A DNA stretch of 61,836 nt, filler included. It is 3 parts of 3 records of this genome, joined end to end, with 100 filler letters (N's around TTAATTAATTAA, not from the genome) between each part and the next. Parts side by side here need not be neighbours in the genome. Positions count along the whole stretch, not along the records: positions 35,844 to 61,836 come from SRR31156797_2950; 2 more parts are not named here. One strand, written 5' to 3'. The first letter of the stretch is position 1, and every line of letters begins with the position of its first letter. Positions 49,107-58,856 of the stretch are shown one piece after another. The position numbers were made by a program, and so were the translations under genes. Under the pieces are notes generated by a model that was not told the DNA's origin, made no database searches, and worked only from the letters and a program-made list of their open reading frames with translations.

Positions 49107-51728
49107 ATGACAATTTATAAGAGTCTCTTAGTTAGTGTTTTATTGCTTCTTACAACTTTATCATTTGCGCAACCTGCAGCTACAAAAACAGTAACTTATA
49201 ATTTGTGTTATCCAGATAATTCCTATCCGCTTAATAATGCATTTCTTACCAATTTGATGAGTGATTTGCCACGTGTCAATGATAAAGCATGCATTACATT
49301 TGAAGCTACATTTAGTTTTAAATATCGAATTACAGGTGCAAATTTTAAAGTTGAAGTTTTTTGTGATGATGTTAAAGTAAATCATCCCATTAAATTTCAA
49401 AAATTTGAAGTATCTCAAGTACTTTTTCCCCTAAAAGCGAAAATTAGTGCTAAAGTTGATAATCAAACTGCTGAGTTTGAAAGTGACTTGAGACATGATT
49501 TTAAGGTAGGGGGTTTAATGACACCAGATCAGCCTCAGACATTTGAGATTTCCATTACTGGTGTTCAAATAGGGCAGGAGGTATTAACCAGATTAGTAGA
49601 GTATCAACAACATATTTCAGCTTATTATACTGCTGATACACAAATTAAATTAGCGTTTGAGGACCTGGCGAAAATTAATCCCGATAGTGTTCAGTATATT
49701 GATCAATATCTTGAAATAACACGAAAAAACTTCAATATTGTCAATCGCATTAAAGAAAAAGAACTCTATAAACACCTAAATTTGGGTGAATACGATCCAC
49801 TAAATGTTTATGAGCGGAATAATGAATTAAATAAAGCCACTTTTGAGGCCAGAGATAAGCTTTTGGCTCAAAGTGAAAATTTAGCTGAAGAGTACTTAAG
49901 ACTTGGGATAGATGCTATTAGTCAGAACGATACAGTTACCGCTGTATCATATTTTGACAAAGCAATTGAAGTTGATGCCATGCTTGCCGGCGCATATGTA
50001 GAGAAAACGAAGATTGATTATAATAGAAAAAAATACCTCGATGTAATTAAACAGGTAAGGTACATAAGTGGTAAGACAACTCATCATAGTGGAAACAGAG
50101 ATGATATGGTTGCTATGATGAGCACCATCGAAAGCCAAATACTTGATGAGGCTGACCAGGAAAATAAAAGTGGACATTTTCATGAAGCGCTAACTTTGTT
50201 GGATTCAGCTGAATATATATGCAATAGCATTCAAGTGTTTGTCTGTTCAGATATGATCAACGTTTTAAAGTCTCATAGTTGGAGGGGTTTACTCAATCAA
50301 CAAATTCTAAATTGGTTTGAAATTATTGCTAGTGAGCAGTTTAGTGAATTACCCGAAATTATTCAGGAAACATTTAATTTTAGAAAAGAAAATAATAAAT
50401 GGCTAACCACCAATGAGCTTCTTTATGTGAATTTGAGATTAGTGCAGGATACTTTAATTAGGGTAGCATCTGAAAATAGAGAAACGGACCCTGAAAAATC
50501 ATTGGAGGCTTTGTATGCTGCCAGAGAGATTTGCCAATCTTATGCCCCAATAAAGTGCGCTGAAAACTTGGATGAGCAATTTAATGCTGCATTCAAGGAA
50601 TCATACAAAAGAATGTTAGCCAAAGCGGAACAAGCTTTAAAAGACAGTTTGCCAAATAGAGCTGATACAATTCAAACAAAAGCTATGAAATATTGTGTGG
50701 CTCAGAATTTTGAGCCTTCCGATAAGCATAAGAAAATTATTATTGACATTGCTCAATTGCGCTATATAATGCTGATGATAAAAGTAAGAGATGTTGCAAT
50801 AGCAGATAAAAACGCAATTACACTTCTTGATTCAGCGCTTACCATACAAAATAATTATAACATAGAGGAAGCAAAAGATGAAAAATTTCAGAAAACAAGG
50901 TTATTAACAGATTATGTGAGTATGCTTTTTGAAAAAGCAGATAGAATGCTAAAAGCAGATCAAGTTGTTATTGCTGCTAATTTACTTTCTGAGATTGATT
51001 GGGTTGTAAATCATTTTGGGTATGTCCTAAATGATAATCAAAAAAGCTTTTATACAACTTTAAGAGAGAAAATGGGGCAGAAAGCATGCTTTGAAAATTA
51101 CCATCAATTTAGTATTTATATGTTGGCCGGCGAGAAGTTTGAATCAAGATTAGATTATCCTCATGCTAAATCAAGTTATGAAAAAGCATTGAAGCTTGCC
51201 CAAAGTAATACAGAGTGTGGATTTGATGTAGAAAATGTTAAATCTAAAATAGAGGAACTCAATTATGTAGTCCAATATCAATTAACTTATGCTATTATGA
51301 TTGAGTATGCATTAAATAATAAATTTGAAGATGCAATTCAGCAATATGATTTGATTATAGAGAATTACAATGATTCAATGCTACAGAAATTTAATGTTGA
51401 ATTATTTGATTTAGATGAATCAGCAATACAATTAGGGTATTTACCGTTTGCACATTATGCAGCACAGGTGCTTGCAGAAAGAGGATTTCCAAATGAAAGC
51501 TTTGGATTGATAACTTATTTATATCAAAATGATTTTGATTTTAATTTATCAATACCAGCACAGCAGGCGCTCGGTAGAAGTTTAGCGAAAGAATTTTATA
51601 TTAAGGACCCATCTGAAGAGTCGGCAGCAAGATATACAGGCTATATGATAGATAAGAAGTGGTCAAAACCGTTTAAAAAATCGTTTGAGAAGAAATGGAA
51701 AGCTATGCAAATAGAATTCGAAGATTAG
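49107..51728 (+). CDS. Secreted TPR/helical-repeat hypothetical protein (873 aa)
   Basis: Signal peptide ending SFA-Q. TPR AVSYFDKAIEVDAMLAGAYVEK. Repeated paired Cys (CNSIQVFVC, CQSYAPIKC). Confidence 0.8.
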   Translation: MTIYKSLLVSVLLLLTTLSFAQPAATKTVTYNLCYPDNSYPLNNAFLTNLMSDLPRVNDKACITFEATFSFKYRITGANFKVEVFCDDVKVNHPIKFQKFEVSQVLFPLKAKISAKVDNQTAEFESDLRHDFKVGGLMTPDQPQTFEISITGVQIGQEVLTRLVEYQQHISAYYTADTQIKLAFEDLAKINPDSVQYIDQYLEITRKNFNIVNRIKEKELYKHLNLGEYDPLNVYERNNELNKATFEARDKLLAQSENLAEEYLRLGIDAISQNDTVTAVSYFDKAIEVDAMLAGAYVEKTKIDYNRKKYLDVIKQVRYISGKTTHHSGNRDDMVAMMSTIESQILDEADQENKSGHFHEALTLLDSAEYICNSIQVFVCSDMINVLKSHSWRGLLNQQILNWFEIIASEQFSELPEIIQETFNFRKENNKWLTTNELLYVNLRLVQDTLIRVASENRETDPEKSLEALYAAREICQSYAPIKCAENLDEQFNAAFKESYKRMLAKAEQALKDSLPNRADTIQTKAMKYCVAQNFEPSDKHKKIIIDIAQLRYIMLMIKVRDVAIADKNAITLLDSALTIQNNYNIEEAKDEKFQKTRLLTDYVSMLFEKADRMLKADQVVIAANLLSEIDWVVNHFGYVLNDNQKSFYTTLREKMGQKACFENYHQFSIYMLAGEKFESRLDYPHAKSSYEKALKLAQSNTECGFDVENVKSKIEELNYVVQYQLTYAIMIEYALNNKFEDAIQQYDLIIENYNDSMLQKFNVELFDLDESAIQLGYLPFAHYAAQVLAERGFPNESFGLITYLYQNDFDFNLSIPAQQALGRSLAKEFYIKDPSEESAARYTGYMIDKKWSKPFKKSFEKKWKAMQIEFED

Positions 51729-52303
51729 GTATATTTTTTATATTATTTCTAGGGATAATTTCTGTGGGACATGCACAGGAAGCAGCGTTGAAATCCAGTA
51801 AAAATTACGGACACGTGAATTTGGGATTTGCCTTAAACAGTAGTAAGGTTTTTACTGACAGCATCACTAATTTGACATATGACTTCGGTGTTGGAGCCAA
51901 CCTGGAATATGAAATGTTTTTTTCTGATAAATTGAGTGGCTTTTGGGGACTAGGCCTATCTTATCTAAAAACAAGTAAAGAGAAAAAAAGCACCATGCTA
52001 TCAGTATTGGCAGCTGATGCAAGAATTGGTGGAAAATATTCATTTAATGGAAGAGTGAGTGTTATTGGGGGCCCCACATTATTATACGTGATTACATCAA
52101 GGGTTAAGACCAGCTATATAGATAAAACCTGGTCAAATGTAAACTATACAGAGGAATACCATTTTGGAGGTTTTGCTGGCTTTGAATTTTATGTAAACGA
52201 TTGGAGCATGCTAAGGTCACTTGCTATTTTTCGAACTGGGAGCACATCCTTTGAAATTTCATACGTAATTACTCCTAAATTAATTTTTCCAATAAAAAAG
52301 TAG
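51695..52303 (+). CDS. Small outer-membrane beta-barrel protein (porin-family-like)
   Basis: Signal peptide ending GHA-Q, alternating aromatic beta-strands (FGVGANLEYE, GLGLSYL, IGGKYSF, FAGFEFY). Confidence 0.7.
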   Translation: MESYANRIRRLGIFFILFLGIISVGHAQEAALKSSKNYGHVNLGFALNSSKVFTDSITNLTYDFGVGANLEYEMFFSDKLSGFWGLGLSYLKTSKEKKSTMLSVLAADARIGGKYSFNGRVSVIGGPTLLYVITSRVKTSYIDKTWSNVNYTEEYHFGGFAGFEFYVNDWSMLRSLAIFRTGSTSFEISYVITPKLIFPIKK

Positions 52304-52443
52304 CATAACAATATATAACCATTCAAGTTTTGTTAATTGTAGGTTAATTATTTGCTATAATTACTGTAGCTTTTGTTTATTTGACTGTTTTCTTAATCTA
52401 AATCTATATTTATTTATAAATTTGGATTCGATCAAAACTAAAT

Positions 52444-54195
52444 ATGATGAGAGTTAATAGCCTTTTACTAATATTTTTTGTCTTGTGTTTCTTTTCACTT
52501 AACGGCCAAAATTCAGGAAAATCAGAATTAGATAATAATTACAGTAGATCTGCAATAACGGTTAAGTTACTAGGCCTTCAAAATGGCAAATATAGAGACG
52601 AGCTTCGAAGAGAATTTGTAAAGTATACTGTGCCGGAGAAGTTTGATAACAATAACCTTCCATCAAAAGTATTGCTAACTAATCTTGATGAATATTCAAC
52701 TAAAGATCAAAAGAAAAAAGCTATTATTCAACAACTTCAAAAGGAGAAAGCAGGTAATCAGATCATTGCAAAGTGGTTCAACCGTCAGCCAGATGGAACA
52801 ATGAACCCTGAACTCATTCATGAAAGAGGTTTATATAGTGCAGTGGATGATGATGTTTATAAGTCTGAAGGTTCAAAAAGAGGTAGAGCTATGTTGATGG
52901 ATATGGGAATGCAGCTATTGAAAAAGAGTTACATCGTTGTTGTAGATTATGAGAAAATACGTAATGCAAAAGACCTGGAAATGGAAGATAAAAGAGGTTG
53001 GAAAACACCTCTGGGTGTATTTCTTTTCAGGTTAAAATATAATGATGATGTGGAAGCTGCACTATTCAATGAAATGTGGATTTATGACAGTGATGATGAA
53101 AACACTAAAAAAGATAAAAAGGAGAAATTTGATAATTATCAATTTGAGATAGAATTTGTGGATCACTTCAATAACCCTGTTGAAATGTCACGCATGCAAA
53201 ACAAGAATAAGAAGGGTGTTATGAAGCTCACAGAAAAATCAGATGAGCAATTATTTGAAGAGTTGATAGCGAAAGGATACAACAGAGCCTTCTTTTTACT
53301 TGAGAAAAAACATGAGGATTTTAGAGTAAAAACGCCCTTGGTAAACGATGATCCTTTGGAAGCCAAAATTGGAAGAAAAGAAGGACTCAAGGTTGACCAG
53401 CGCTATTTTGTATACGAATTTCAGTATAATACCAAAAAAGATACAACTATACCAAAGCGAAAAGGTGTAGTAAGGGCAAAAAAAGTAACAGATAATCGTC
53501 AGGTAGCTACCGGGAAAAGCCCTGTGTCGCCATTTTATCAAATAAGTGGTCGTAAGCTGAAAGAAGGGATGCTGATGCAACAGCGTTCTGATTGGGGAAT
53601 AGGCGTGCAAGGTCGTTTCGGAATGGGTGAAATAGGTGGAGGTGGCGTAAAACTTACCTATAACACTGCACGCTATATAGGAATCACGCAATTGAAATTG
53701 TATGGTTATGCAAGTCTTGACCCTTTAAAATCTTATGAAATTGATGAAAAGTATTTTATAGATCAAATAAATGAATTTGAATACGATTTTACTTTTACAA
53801 GACTTGGTGCAGGGTTGGCTAAAGGGTTCTATTTTGGACGAATCTTTAGTGTTGAACCATTTTTAGGTATTTCCTACGAGAGTGCTTCAAATACTGACCT
53901 GACTTTTGAAGATATGGATCTATATTCTGAAAATAAGACAATAATTGATAATGGGGAAGACGATATTGATATTAATGTGTTAATGTACGACATAGGCTTT
54001 GACTTTGGGATAAATATGTTTTACTTTATGAAGCTGATTGCAGGAGTCGAGTTACATGTTGTATCCAATATTGTTGATAGTGACAATAAAGAATATACCC
54101 TTGGAGATGAGAATGGTGAAACAATTCGCTATAATGAATTGTTTGACGGAAGGCAAGGTTTTACGTTTAATGTAGGACTGCATATTGAGTTCTAA
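52444..54195 (+). CDS. Secreted hypothetical protein, paralog of 54384-55673 with an added C-terminal beta-barrel
   Basis: Signal peptide. Shares AKWFNRQ.DGT..IHERG.Y.A, GSKRG.AML.D.G and KTP...DPL.A..G.K.G.K with the next ORF. Ends in beta-signal-like FNVGLHIEF. Confidence 0.8.
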   Translation: MMRVNSLLLIFFVLCFFSLNGQNSGKSELDNNYSRSAITVKLLGLQNGKYRDELRREFVKYTVPEKFDNNNLPSKVLLTNLDEYSTKDQKKKAIIQQLQKEKAGNQIIAKWFNRQPDGTMNPELIHERGLYSAVDDDVYKSEGSKRGRAMLMDMGMQLLKKSYIVVVDYEKIRNAKDLEMEDKRGWKTPLGVFLFRLKYNDDVEAALFNEMWIYDSDDENTKKDKKEKFDNYQFEIEFVDHFNNPVEMSRMQNKNKKGVMKLTEKSDEQLFEELIAKGYNRAFFLLEKKHEDFRVKTPLVNDDPLEAKIGRKEGLKVDQRYFVYEFQYNTKKDTTIPKRKGVVRAKKVTDNRQVATGKSPVSPFYQISGRKLKEGMLMQQRSDWGIGVQGRFGMGEIGGGGVKLTYNTARYIGITQLKLYGYASLDPLKSYEIDEKYFIDQINEFEYDFTFTRLGAGLAKGFYFGRIFSVEPFLGISYESASNTDLTFEDMDLYSENKTIIDNGEDDIDINVLMYDIGFDFGINMFYFMKLIAGVELHVVSNIVDSDNKEYTLGDENGETIRYNELFDGRQGFTFNVGLHIEF

Positions 54196-54383
54196 TTGAT
54201 TGGTGCGATTTGATTTGAAATAAATAATTGAAAAATAACTAAATAATTATCGTATTTTTGATAATGATTGAGGACCAGATTGAGCGATTTTAACTAATAA
54301 ACTATAAAAAATCTTTTAATATAAACATTGTTTTTTGGGAGTAATAATTATTGTTCTCCCTTAAAGCGTTAAAACTAAAGTGT

Positions 54384-55673
54384 ATGAGAAATTTTTTAAA
54401 AGCCGGAATTATCCTGTTTTTGGCATTTATGACAGTAATGCCAGCATTTGCCCAAGATGGCGAAGGTGATTTTATTTACCGCCGTAGTTCATTGTATCCA
54501 ATTCTATTGGAAACAGATCCTGTATTTGACACACCTGAAGATAAGGATTTGAACGACATTGTAATGCGTTTTTATGGTGAAGCACCATTTCCAGACAAAT
54601 ACAATGATCACAGATTAGAGCATGTAAGCTTTAAATTTAATGATTATATCACGCTTTCTGCTGCTGAAGCTGAAGAATTGGCCAAAGAAGATGGAAAAGA
54701 AAAAGGTCGTAAAAAAGACCAAAAATACATGCAGGCATCTGAGAAGTTCTTAGCTGATAAGGATATTGCTCGTGGTCTTGTGGCAAAATGGTTCAACAGA
54801 CAAGCTGATGGTACTTTTGACATGAGCATGATTCACGAACGTGGAGCTTATAATGCGAGTACTTTGGAAGTTGAATTAGCGAGTGGTTCAAAACGCGGTA
54901 TGGCAATGCTAAAAGATGCCGGAGAAGAACTTATTAAAAACACATTTGTGGTTGTAAATCGCATGCGTTTCGTTAAAAACGAACCTATTGCTCGTGCTAC
55001 AAGAGATATTGCATACATCGCTGCAAATCAGATGAAAAATGATATGGCTCAGCAACTAGCTAAAACAGCTGCTGACGTTCTTTATAATACAACAAAAGAC
55101 GGTTATTCAGTTTGGACGGTTTCTTATCTATACCAGCTTGAGTGGAATGATGAGATTGCTAATAACTTCTACATGAATATGTGGATGGATAAAAATAGTA
55201 TCAGCGAAGAACGCAAAAATCTTTTCGAAACAACTGATATTTTCAAATTGAATTTTGTAGGGTTTGAGAAATCAAAATCATTGGTATTGTTTAGTGTTGG
55301 TAAATCAAAAGAACAAATTCTTGGACAAGCCACAGTTCGTAATATCGACAGAACTTACGTGAAGCTTCAAAAATCATTTGATGTATTCAAAACTAAAACG
55401 CCTATTATAGCAGAAGATCCATTATTAGCGCCTGTTGGAATGAAAGACGGTGTGAAAAAAGGAACTAAGTTTGATGTTGTTGAAATGATTTGGGACGAAA
55501 AAGAAGGAGTTACAACTTATAAAACAGTAGGAAAAGTTAAAGCCAAAGAAGTTTGGGATAATAGATATACTTTAGGTGAAGAAGATACCAAAGCCAATGA
55601 AGATGGAACTGTAAAAGGTACTGTATTTAAAGGTAAAGGTAAACGTGGTATGTTATTAATTCAAAAGAAATAA
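54384..55673 (+). CDS. Secreted hypothetical protein with CsgG/FlgT-like organisation
   Basis: Signal peptide ending AFA-Q. C-terminal LAPVGMKDGVKKGTKFDVVE...VGKVKAKEV resembles the FlgT C-terminal domain (by eye). Confidence 0.75.
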   Translation: MRNFLKAGIILFLAFMTVMPAFAQDGEGDFIYRRSSLYPILLETDPVFDTPEDKDLNDIVMRFYGEAPFPDKYNDHRLEHVSFKFNDYITLSAAEAEELAKEDGKEKGRKKDQKYMQASEKFLADKDIARGLVAKWFNRQADGTFDMSMIHERGAYNASTLEVELASGSKRGMAMLKDAGEELIKNTFVVVNRMRFVKNEPIARATRDIAYIAANQMKNDMAQQLAKTAADVLYNTTKDGYSVWTVSYLYQLEWNDEIANNFYMNMWMDKNSISEERKNLFETTDIFKLNFVGFEKSKSLVLFSVGKSKEQILGQATVRNIDRTYVKLQKSFDVFKTKTPIIAEDPLLAPVGMKDGVKKGTKFDVVEMIWDEKEGVTTYKTVGKVKAKEVWDNRYTLGEEDTKANEDGTVKGTVFKGKGKRGMLLIQKK

Positions 55674-55679
55674 ATTAGC

Positions 55680-55714
55680 AAAGGCATTAACATTAATAAT
55701 ATGTTAATGCCTTT
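55680..55714 (+). terminator. Intergenic stem-loop
   Basis: AAAGGCATTAACAT-taataat-ATGTTAATGCCTTT. Confidence 0.75.
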
Positions 55715-55846
55715 ACTCTTTTTGATTATTATCTTTAAAATAAATAAAATTGAATAGTTTCTAATCAAACCTCTAAATGTGATGAAGGGATAACGAATAA
55801 TTAAAGTGATCTTTTTCATTTAAATAGAGGATAAAAAATAATAAAA

Positions 55847-56353
55847 ATGAAAAAAATTTTAAAAGTTGCAGTTGTATCTGTTCTAATGATTGGGTTCTTT
55901 ATTGGCTGTGCACCCAAAGTTGAAATTATCAAATGGGGAAATACACATAACCCAGAAACAGGTATTATCAGTGTAGGTACTGATGGTACAAAAATGATTA
56001 AGGCATGGGGTGAAGGTGAAGATGCTGAAAAAGCAGAAAGAAATGCTAAACGAAATGCAGTTAATGCCGCTATTTTCCACGGATTTGCAGCAGGTGGTGG
56101 TTCAGCAAAAGTTGGTCCTATTGTTAGAGAATCTGATGCTGATACAAAACATAAAGCATTTTTTGATGAGTTCTTTAAAAATGGTGGAATGTGGGTTAAG
56201 TATGTTACTCCAAAAGGAGTTCCTTCAGGAAAAGATCGCTTGAAAACTGATAAAGGTTATAGAGTAGCTGTTAGTGTACAGGTTTCATTTGACGCGTTAC
56301 GTAAGTACCTTGAAGAAAAAGGTGTTGCACGTGCACTTGACTCAGGATTCTAG
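55847..56353 (+). CDS. Lipoprotein, LPP20/FlgP-like
   Basis: Lipobox FFIG-C; AWGEG..AEKAERNAKRNAVNAAIF...VAVSVQVSFDALRKYLE. Confidence 0.7.
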   Translation: MKKILKVAVVSVLMIGFFIGCAPKVEIIKWGNTHNPETGIISVGTDGTKMIKAWGEGEDAEKAERNAKRNAVNAAIFHGFAAGGGSAKVGPIVRESDADTKHKAFFDEFFKNGGMWVKYVTPKGVPSGKDRLKTDKGYRVAVSVQVSFDALRKYLEEKGVARALDSGF

Positions 56354-56415
56354 TAAATATGTTAACGATTTGTGAATGTGTTGGTTGTTAAAATCAGTGC
56401 GTTCATCAAAATATA

Positions 56416-56445
56416 CAAAATCAAACCTATCTTGGTTTGATTTTG
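56416..56445 (+). terminator. Intergenic stem-loop
   Basis: CAAAATCAAACC-tatctt-GGTTTGATTTTG. Confidence 0.6.
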
Positions 56446-56495
56446 GTTCAAAAACATTGAAAGCTTATAATTAATTAACCGAAAAACAATTGAAA

Positions 56496-57461
56496 ATGAG
56501 AAAATTACTTTTAATAATTGCTGCAGTAGTATTTTCATCTGCAGTATTTGGACAGGCTAAAAAGCCAACTATTATGGTAGTTCCTTCAGATCAGTATTGT
56601 ATTTCTAAGGGGTACAAACTAGAGTTTGACGACATGGGAACTAAAAAAGTTCTTCCTGATTACAAAGCTGCATTGCAAAATGATAGCGATTTACGTCTTG
56701 TGATTTCAAAAATGAGTGGAATTATGGCTGACCGTGGTTTCCCATTGAAAGATCTTGAGCAAGAGCTTAAATCTTTAGAATCAGAAAGTGCTGAGATGAA
56801 CATGATGACTGATAAAGATATGGGCATGGGACTAGCAGAAAGTCCTGTTGACGCTTTAAAGCGTACAGCTAAAGCTGATATCATCATGGACCTTAGTTTT
56901 GAAGTAATGCAGATGGGACCAAAGAAAAGTATTCGTTACGTATTGAATGGTTTAGATGCATATACAAACAAAAACGTTGCTTCAACTGCCGGTGAAGGAC
57001 AACCTTCTACTGCTGCTTCTGTAGGTATTCTATTAGAAGAAGCTGTATTGGGTCGTATGGACGAGTTTAACGATCGTCTAATGGGTCACTTCGAAGATAT
57101 GTTCGAAAAAGGACGTGAAGTAAAAGTTATGGTTCGCGCCTGGGAAAGCTGGGGTGAAGATCTTGAATCAGAATTTGAAATGGGTGGAGAAGAAGACGAG
57201 CTTGGTTTCTTAATTGAAAACTGGTTTGCTGACAATACTGTTGAAGGTCGTTTTAACCTATCTGATGGTACTGCCACAATGATGAAATTTGAACAAGTAC
57301 GTATTCCTCTTTACTACGAGCGTAAAGGACAACAGCGTGCAATGGATACTCGCCGTTGGGTAAGAGATCTTGCTAAACAACTTGAAGATGCAATTGGTGC
57401 TCCTGTGAAAATTTACATGAGAGGACTTGGAGAAGCATGGCTTATTCTTGGATCTAAATAG
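56496..57461 (+). CDS. Secreted DUF6175-like protein (CsgG-like alpha/beta fold inferred)
   Basis: Signal peptide, QAKKPTIMVVPSD, MADRGFPLKDLEQ, AKADIIMDL, GLDAYTNK, FEQVRIPL, GLGEA. Family name is from recollection. Confidence 0.7.
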   Translation: MRKLLLIIAAVVFSSAVFGQAKKPTIMVVPSDQYCISKGYKLEFDDMGTKKVLPDYKAALQNDSDLRLVISKMSGIMADRGFPLKDLEQELKSLESESAEMNMMTDKDMGMGLAESPVDALKRTAKADIIMDLSFEVMQMGPKKSIRYVLNGLDAYTNKNVASTAGEGQPSTAASVGILLEEAVLGRMDEFNDRLMGHFEDMFEKGREVKVMVRAWESWGEDLESEFEMGGEEDELGFLIENWFADNTVEGRFNLSDGTATMMKFEQVRIPLYYERKGQQRAMDTRRWVRDLAKQLEDAIGAPVKIYMRGLGEAWLILGSK

Positions 57462-57467
57462 ATTTTT

Positions 57468-57493
57468 TTACCTGCACTTACGAGTGCAGGTAA
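57468..57493 (+). terminator. Intergenic stem-loop
   Basis: TTACCTGCACT-TACG-AGTGCAGGTAA. Confidence 0.65.
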
Positions 57494-57532
57494 CTATTTT
57501 TGATTCAATCATATAAACTAAATTTGAGACAA

Positions 57533-58675
57533 ATGAAAAGAATCATTTTATTATTTTTAATTGGTATGTTAGTGGCGCCATTTGTTAATGCCCAGAATTC
57601 TGAAGGCAAAGCAGATGATTTAGCTAGAATTTCTCTAACACCAGTTATTCCGGATGAATTGCAGACTGTTCCTAAGTATGCAAAAAAAATGCTTCAAAAT
57701 AAATTGAAGCAAGTTGCTACCCGTAATGGATTAGGTGGTGGTGCAAACCCACGCTTTATTATTACTGCTGATGCAGATATTGTTACTAAAGATGTTACTC
57801 CAACTGCTCCTCCGCAGATTGCAGTTACTTTAGGAGTAAACTTTTATATTGCTGATGTTGTAGAACAAAAAATATTTTCATCTGCTTACCTTGAATTAAA
57901 AGGAGTAGGGACTAATGAAAATAAAGCTTATATAGGTGCAATTAAGAAAATTGCTCCTCGTAATCCTCAATTACGTGCATTTATTGAGCAGGGTAAAACA
58001 AAGATTATTGAATATTATAACTCGCAGTGCGACAATATCATTACCGATGCTCAGGCAAAAGCTTCTATGAAAGACTTTGGTCGTGCTATTTTTACTTTAA
58101 CATCTATTCCAGATGTTTGTAAAGAATGTTACGATAAAGCAATGGCACTAGTTCCTGATGTATATCAACAATATATGGACGATCAGTGTCAAAAAGATCT
58201 TTCTAAAGCTAAGGCTGCTTATGGTAATAAAGATATTGAGGAAACAATGAAATGGTTGTCAAAAATACAACCAGATAGTAAATGCTATGAAGATGCACAA
58301 ACACTTTACGCTGAAGCTTCTACTTTCTATTGTAAAGAAGCATTAGGAGCTGCTCAAGGTTATTGGGCAAGTCAGGATGCTTACAAAGCTGCTGCAGAGT
58401 TAGCTAAAGTTTCAACTGATTGTGAAAATTATGCTGAAGCACAAAAATTGGCTGAAGAAATTCGCTCAAAGCTTAAAGAAGATGAGCAGCGCGAATGGGA
58501 TAATAAAATCAAACAGCAAGATCGTGCATTTGAATTAGCTGAGCAAGCTCAAAAAGATGCTACAGAAGTTAGAAAGGCTCAAATTGAGGCTGCTTCAGAA
58601 GTTGCATCAGAAGCCGTTAAATCAGGTAACTGGTACGGTTCATACTATTCAAATCTTATGTGGATTTATAAATAG
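57533..58675 (+). CDS. Secreted hypothetical protein: N-terminal alpha/beta domain, three Cys-containing TPR-like repeats, coiled-coil tail
   Basis: Signal peptide ending VNA-Q; LKGVGTNENKAY; repeats starting SQCDNII, DQCQKDL and FYCKEAL. Confidence 0.78.
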   Translation: MKRIILLFLIGMLVAPFVNAQNSEGKADDLARISLTPVIPDELQTVPKYAKKMLQNKLKQVATRNGLGGGANPRFIITADADIVTKDVTPTAPPQIAVTLGVNFYIADVVEQKIFSSAYLELKGVGTNENKAYIGAIKKIAPRNPQLRAFIEQGKTKIIEYYNSQCDNIITDAQAKASMKDFGRAIFTLTSIPDVCKECYDKAMALVPDVYQQYMDDQCQKDLSKAKAAYGNKDIEETMKWLSKIQPDSKCYEDAQTLYAEASTFYCKEALGAAQGYWASQDAYKAAAELAKVSTDCENYAEAQKLAEEIRSKLKEDEQREWDNKIKQQDRAFELAEQAQKDATEVRKAQIEAASEVASEAVKSGNWYGSYYSNLMWIYK

Positions 58676-58694
58676 TCTTATTTTATATAAATGG

Positions 58695-58724
58695 AAGCCA
58701 TGCAGTAATGTGTGGCTTTTTTTT
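58695..58724 (+). terminator. Rho-independent terminator
   Basis: AAGCCATGCA..TGTGTGGCTT plus poly-T. Confidence 0.75.
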
Positions 58725-58856
58725 GTGTTTTATATTTGCTTAAAATATAGAAACTTATAATCTTCCATTTTAAAATTTCTTTCTGGAGGATGGTTATGAC
58801 AAAAAATCTTCTTAAATTGAATAGGTTAAGTATAACAACCTCAAAAAGCCTGAATT

